Of a stretch of DNA of 56,404 nt, positions 53,218-56,404 are shown piece after piece. The DNA is taken from the NCBI GenBank assembly GCA_045807325.1, contig JBJMHP010000348.1:1-56404 (forward strand), written 5' to 3'. Source of the stretch: Actinomycetes bacterium (GTDB taxonomy: Bacteria; Actinomycetota; CALGFH01). Both the position numbers and the translations under genes were made by a program. How positions within the stretch are numbered: position 1 is the stretch's first letter; every line of letters starts with the position of its first letter. The notes under the pieces are model-generated. The model had not been told where the DNA came from, made no database searches, and worked only from the letters and a program-made list of their open reading frames with translations.

Positions 53218-54711
53218 TCAGGGGATGGCCGCCACCACCCCGGCCGCCCGCAGCAGGTCGACCATGGCGAAGTCGCCGCCCGACCCGTAGGTCGGCGTCC
53301 AGTCCGGGTCCTGGCGCAGGTAGGACTGGCGGTCGCCGCGGATGAGCCCGACGATCACCTCGGCCACGATCCGCCCGCCGACCGGTCCCAGGCGCTCGCC
53401 GCCGGCGGTCACCTGGGCCTCGCGTAGCACGTAGAACCACAGCGGGGTGCGCCGCTCCAGGTGCAGCGGCTCCAGATCCTGGAGGTCGGCCGGGGTCAGC
53501 TCGGGCAGCTGCATGGCCCTGGCCACCCGCTGGCCCGACGGCACCCCCATGGTCAGGTTGCGTAGCAGGTTGCGGGTGGCCAGCGAGGTCGGCTCGCCCG
53601 GGGGCTGGCCGAGGAGGTGGAACAGGACCGATGAGAGCTTGGTGTCGATCTTCTTGTTGGGCCGCACCCGGCCGTCGCCGAAGTCGAAGAAGGTCTGCCA
53701 GTCGATGAACCGCCGGGGGGCGCGCCGGCCGCCGCGCAGGTCGGCCGGGTCGGCCGGGTCGGTGGCGGCCGGGTCGAAGATCAGGGCGAAGAACTGCTGG
53801 GTCGGGTCGGTGGCGCTGGTGGCGAAGTTGGCCCGGTAGCTGGGGCGGACCTGGGAGTGGCCGAAGCGGTAGGCGGCCACCGAGAACTCGACCGGGATGA
53901 AGGGGTCGTTGCGCCACTTGAAGTGCCGGGGGCCGTTGGCGAGCACGTCGTCGACCAGGGCCTGGCCGACGGTGGTGGGGAGGAACTCGTGGATGACCAT
54001 CCACTGGTAGTGCCAGCGGACCACCCGCTGCGCCTCGGTGAACAGCTCCTGGCGGGTGTAGCCGGGGCCGAGGTCGGCCTTGACGTCGGCCAGGACCCGG
54101 TTGTGGAAGCGCAGGACGGCCAGATGGAGCTGGGACACGATCAGGTTCTCGTCGTTGCGGGGGTCGGCGACCAGGGCGACGAGCTGGCGGTTGCGGGGCA
54201 CGTCGGTCCGGGTCGAGCCGTCGATCGAGACGGCCCCCGACCCGGGGATGTCCTCGACCAGCAGGCTGGTCTGGCCGCCGTCGACGGCCTGGTCGTACAG
54301 GTGGGGCGATGCCACCGGCCCGCCGCCGTAGACGCTGTCCAGGTCCAGGGCGGGGATGCGGAAGTTCCGGATCGCCTCCGGGTCCTGGCGGCGGGCCAGA
54401 CTGGAGGTGGGGTCGAAGGTCATGTCGTGGTCGAGAAACTGGCCGACGAAGGTGAAGCCGGCCGTGATGGCCGGGTTGTTCGGGTTGTTGAGGCTCTTGG
54501 CCGGGTCGGTGACCAGCGTGATCGGGTCCGACAGGTCGTCGGCGGGGTCCATTGGCCCGCCGGCCGCACCCAGGGTGGCCAGGGCGTCACGGATCGTCGG
54601 GGTGTCGGCGGCGAACGGCGGCAGGGTGGGGAACAGCCGGCCGAACCGGCCCTGGGCGTAGAACACGGACCGTGGCGTCGTCTCGCCCAGGCTGGCATGA
54701 CCATGCGGCAT
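53218..54711 (-). CDS. Haem peroxidase family protein (peroxidase-cyclooxygenase / animal haem peroxidase-like superfamily)
   Basis: ..AGFTFVGQFLDHDMTFD..DLDSVYGGGP..DPRNDENLIVSQLHLAVLRFHN..EAQRVVRWHYQWMVIHEFLP..FSVAAYRFGHSQVRP. These are the distal and proximal His motifs of the family. Confidence 0.8.
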   Translation of the reverse strand: MPHGHASLGETTPRSVFYAQGRFGRLFPTLPPFAADTPTIRDALATLGAAGGPMDPADDLSDPITLVTDPAKSLNNPNNPAITAGFTFVGQFLDHDMTFDPTSSLARRQDPEAIRNFRIPALDLDSVYGGGPVASPHLYDQAVDGGQTSLLVEDIPGSGAVSIDGSTRTDVPRNRQLVALVADPRNDENLIVSQLHLAVLRFHNRVLADVKADLGPGYTRQELFTEAQRVVRWHYQWMVIHEFLPTTVGQALVDDVLANGPRHFKWRNDPFIPVEFSVAAYRFGHSQVRPSYRANFATSATDPTQQFFALIFDPAATDPADPADLRGGRRAPRRFIDWQTFFDFGDGRVRPNKKIDTKLSSVLFHLLGQPPGEPTSLATRNLLRNLTMGVPSGQRVARAMQLPELTPADLQDLEPLHLERRTPLWFYVLREAQVTAGGERLGPVGGRIVAEVIVGLIRGDRQSYLRQDPDWTPTYGSGGDFAMVDLLRAAGVVAAIP

Positions 54712-54789
54712 GGCCGACCCCCTCGCCTCGCACCGATGCCCTTATCGTTGCATGGCGGGCAAACGGAACGGACGGGCGGCGTCGGCGGG

Positions 54790-55197
54790 TCAGCGCTCCA
54801 CGGCGGCGTTGCCGGCGCGGCGGGGGGCCGGGTCGCCGGGGGCGGCCGTCCAGTCCTCGACCGCGGCCTCGGCGACCGGGGCGCCACGGCCGTCGAAACG
54901 CCCGGCGATCGGGGCCGGGCCGGCCTCGGCCAGGTCGACCGCCTCGGCGGCCGTCTTGGCCACCTGGAACAGGGTGCCCTCGCCCAGCGGGGCGAACCCC
55001 TGGGCGACCATGTCCTCCACCATGGCCAGGAACGGGTCCCAGTAACCGGCCACGTTGACGAGCACGATCGGCCGGTCATGGAGGCGCAGCTGCCGCAGGG
55101 TGAGCACCTCCAGCAGCTCCTCCAGGGTGCCGAACCCGCCCGGGAGGGCCACGAAGGCGTCGGCGCGGGCGTCCATCTCCGCCTTGCGCTCATGCAA
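54790..55197 (-). pseudogene. LOG family (TIGR00730-type cytokinin riboside 5'-monophosphate phosphoribohydrolase-like) gene fragment lacking the N-terminal roughly 95 aa
   Basis: Homology starts abruptly at (L)HERKAEMDARADAFVALPGGFGTLEELLEVLTLRQL..PIVLVN..YWDPFL. The upstream in-frame sequence (..ADQRAGETEGAPQSALAPA) is unrelated, and only 58 bp separate it from the ATPase stop. Confidence 0.65.
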
Positions 55198-55255
55198 GGC
55201 AGGTGCTAGTGCCGATTGCGGCGCTCCCTCTGTCTCGCCTGCGCGTTGATCTGCC

Positions 55256-56404
55256 TCAACCGGTCTCAGGGGCGCGGCTCGGCCCTCCCGGTGGGATCCG
55301 CCGGGAAGCCCGCAGCCGACTGACGAGCTTCTCGGCCTCGATGGCCCAGAAGGCGACCGTAGAGGCGACCAGCACGATGGCCAGCTCGGCCAGGGTCAGG
55401 GGCTGGAGGTCCAGGGCGGTCTGGGCGGGGGGCCAGTAGAGGAGGCCGAGCTGGACCAGCAGGGTGCCCAGCACCGTCCAACCGAGGAACCGGTTGCTGC
55501 CCAAGCCGAGGCGGAACACCGACTGGCGTTCGGAGCGCACGGCCAGGGCGTTGCCCAGCTGGAGCAGGGCCAGGCTGGTGAAGATCATGGTCTGCCAGGG
55601 CCGCCCGGTGGCCTGCCCCCAGATGCCCAACCCGAGGCTGACGGTGCCAGTCAGCAGGCCCATGGCTAACACGTGCTGCCACAGCCCGCGGGCGAAGATG
55701 CTCTCACCGGGGCGGCGGGGTGGCCGGCCCATGGTGTCGGGTTCGGCTTGTTCCACGCCCAGGGCCAGGCCGGGGAGGCCGTGGGTGACCAGGTTGATCC
55801 ACAGGATCTGGGCCGGCAACAGGGCCAGGGGCAGCCCGAACAGGGGGGCTGCGAGCATGACCCAGATCTCGGCCGACCCGCCGGTGAGCCCGTAGCGGAC
55901 GAAGCGGCGCAGGTTGTCGTAGATGCGGCGGCCTTCGCGCACCGCCTTGACGATGGTGGCGAAGTTGTCGTCGGCCAGGACCATGTCGGCGGCCTGCTTG
56001 GAGACCTCGGTGCCGGCCTGGCCCATGGCCACGCCGATGTCGGCCCGGCGCAGGGCGGGGGCGTCATTGACGCCGTCGCCGGTCATGGCCACCACCTGCC
56101 CGCGGGCCTTCCAGGCCTCGACGATGTCGAGCTTCTGTTCGGGGGTGGTGCGGGCGTACACGGCGATGTCGGTGACGTGCTCGGCCAGATACCCACTACC
56201 TTGCTGGGCGAGGTCGGCGCCGCTGAGGACCTGGTGGCCGTCCAGGATGCCGAGGCGGGCGGCGATGGCCCGGGCGGTGGCCGGGTGGTCGCCGGTGATC
56301 ATGATGGGGTGGATGCCGGCCTGTTGGGCGGCGGCGACGGCCTGGGCGGCTTCGGGTCGGGGTGGGTCGGCCATGGCCACCAGCCCGTACAGGACCAGCT
56401 CGGC
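55256..56404 (-). CDS. Cation-transporting P-type ATPase (type II-like), C-terminal part; the gene continues beyond the window end
   Basis: ..PIMITGDHPATARAIA..VYARTTPEQKLDIVEAWK..VAMTGDGVNDAPALRRADIGVAMG..DDNFATIV.., followed by C-terminal TM helices. The reading frame stays open to 56404. Confidence 0.88.
   Translation of the reverse strand, partial: AELVLYGLVAMADPPRPEAAQAVAAAQQAGIHPIMITGDHPATARAIAARLGILDGHQVLSGADLAQQGSGYLAEHVTDIAVYARTTPEQKLDIVEAWKARGQVVAMTGDGVNDAPALRRADIGVAMGQAGTEVSKQAADMVLADDNFATIVKAVREGRRIYDNLRRFVRYGLTGGSAEIWVMLAAPLFGLPLALLPAQILWINLVTHGLPGLALGVEQAEPDTMGRPPRRPGESIFARGLWQHVLAMGLLTGTVSLGLGIWGQATGRPWQTMIFTSLALLQLGNALAVRSERQSVFRLGLGSNRFLGWTVLGTLLVQLGLLYWPPAQTALDLQPLTLAELAIVLVASTVAFWAIEAEKLVSRLRASRRIPPGGPSRAPETG

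Overview
Very GC-rich, actinobacterial-type chromosomal segment, with almost all genes on the minus strand. The backbone is a conserved housekeeping and DNA-metabolism block: nrdJ<>nrdR, LysM gene<>lexA, hflX, dapL, dapF, miaA, miaB, rny, recX, recA, thpR, cinA, rimO, then a guaB-like gene, rodZ-like gene, ftsK, rnj, dapA, and later thyX and dapB. RNase Y next to recA/recX suggests a lineage outside Mycobacterium/Streptomyces (inference only). Two blocks interrupt the backbone. (1) About 11 kb (17776-28924) is an ESX-like type VII secretion locus. It holds eccC, eccD, two WXG100 genes, a ParA/MinD-like ATPase, several unknown ORFs, and a WXG-fronted 501-aa polymorphic-toxin candidate followed directly by a small acidic immunity-like ORF. 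(2) About 13.6 kb (36.3-49.9 kb) holds an orphan WXG-like gene, an alkA-like gene, a decayed mazEF remnant, nei-lhr, tetR and kgd. The least expected signal is a roughly 60-bp dispersed repeat, present in five full copies and one collapsed copy. It pairs GGTTCGGGAGGGTAGCC with a high-GC DnaA-box sequence (TTGTCCACA). Three copies are intergenic and two lie in-frame inside ORFs (the lhr linker and the N-terminus of the ParA-like gene). Other notable items are an intein in nrdJ at the window edge, NrdR boxes over a divergent nrdJ/nrdR promoter, SOS boxes at lexA and recA, a 5'-truncated LOG gene, an animal-type haem peroxidase homologue and a double-length ThyX. I recognised no rRNA, tRNA or CRISPR array. 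Many long ORFs in the track are GC-driven shadow frames and were rejected.
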